Shown: positions 63,200-64,000 of the stretch, piece by piece
How positions within the stretch are numbered: position 1 is the first letter of the stretch
How the letters are laid out: each line of letters opens with the position of its first letter
Source: Felis catus
Lineage: Eukaryota
DNA length: 64,000 nucleotides
Assembly: GCF_018350175.1 (NCBI RefSeq)
Contig: NC_058368.1
Location: forward strand, 134,604,001 to 134,668,000
Direction of reading: 5' to 3'
Program-made: the position numbers and the translations under genes
Notes under the pieces: generated by a model
What the model was told of the DNA's origin: nothing
Seen by the model: the letters and a program-made list of their open reading frames with translations, nothing else
Database searches by the model: none

Positions 63200-63800
63200 A
63201 ATCATGTAATATAAGTAGATATAATGTTATGACTATTTAATATTAGGTTGTGAAGTAATAGAGAAATGAGAAAGGAAAGGATATAGCAGAGAAGAGGCCA
63301 CAGGGGACCATGTTGAAGGGTTTGCCATGACAACATATGTAGACGGCTTCTTAAAGAAGTCACAATAAATGGGGAGCTGAAAATGGAGCAGTAACCATGG
63401 GGCATGTGGGACAAGGGAAGATTTCAAGGAGACACAGGAAAATGTTTGTATACTTTGGGACTGATCCAAGAGAGAGGAGAGCTGATGGCAGAAGAGGAAG
63501 TAACAGAGAAGAATATTTGAGAGGAGAAAGGAGTCAGATTCAGAGCCCAGAAGGAGGAGCTGGGCTTTTCTAGGAGCAGGGACGTGTCCTTCATTTTATC
63601 AGGTAGGAAGAAAAAGCCAGGTCCAGATGCATGAGGGTTTATATTTCTAGGTCAAGGAGATGAGGATTTCTTCCTTTCTTTTACCTCATCTCTCTCTTCA
63701 CTTCCTTAGGTATGAAGTTCCCAAGCACTTTCCTAGAACTATCTCCTCTCCCTACATATTGGAGAAGCCAAAGAAGAGTAGAGAAAGCTGGTCTGAGAGG
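63200..63800 (-). mobile_element. L2 relic
   Basis: Purine-rich degenerate segment (gggaagatttcaagga, cagagcccagaaggaggagctgggc) typical of reverse L2. Confidence 0.45.
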
Positions 63801-63814
63801 AGGAGATTTTAAAT

Positions 63815-63925
63815 CAAGATAGAGATGAACGAACTTGTTGGAGTCACACAGCTAATTAGTGACAAAACTAGGACTAGAATCCAACTGGCTCCTAGCCTAG
63901 TACTCTTTCACGACCAAATTACCAT
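63815..63925 (-). mobile_element. MIR relic
   Basis: gtcacacagctaattagtgac...ggactagaatcca...tactctttc. Confidence 0.7.
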
Positions 63926-64000
63926 GTAATATTGAACAGATGGGAGCGATTAGGGTTTAGGACCATTATAAAGACTAACATGACCTGAGTTACATGAAAT

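Noticed and set aside
1..64000. CRISPR array, operon or other prokaryotic system
   Set aside because: Sequence is mammalian; repeated units are dispersed SINEs, not regularly spaced direct repeats with spacers.

Overview
Mammalian non-coding genomic DNA, almost certainly from a felid: it carries about 26 tRNA-derived Can-SINEs, many of SINEC_Fc type, and a felid-type L1 3' end. I find no recognisable protein-coding gene, RNA gene, CpG island or CRISPR array. The supplied ORFs are short and mostly translate SINE, L1, LTR or microsatellite sequence. The window is an intronic or intergenic mosaic of Can-SINEs (many with visible target-site duplications, TSDs), L1 fragments, MaLR/ERV LTRs including one LTR-internal-LTR MaLR, hAT MITEs (MER5A, MER20, MER45A, MER58A), MIR/L2 relics and microsatellites. 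The most notable observations are rearrangement and retrotransposition scars: a 28-bp templated copy at an L1 breakpoint, a poly(A)-only insertion, a two-SINE unit sharing one TSD, and an internally deleted L1 with a possible 3' transduction. There is also a 21:5 SINE strand bias, candidate minus-strand exons and several motif-dense repeat-free islands. I see no convincing novel biological system. Repeat family names come from recalled consensus sequences rather than a database search, and boundaries of old elements are approximate.
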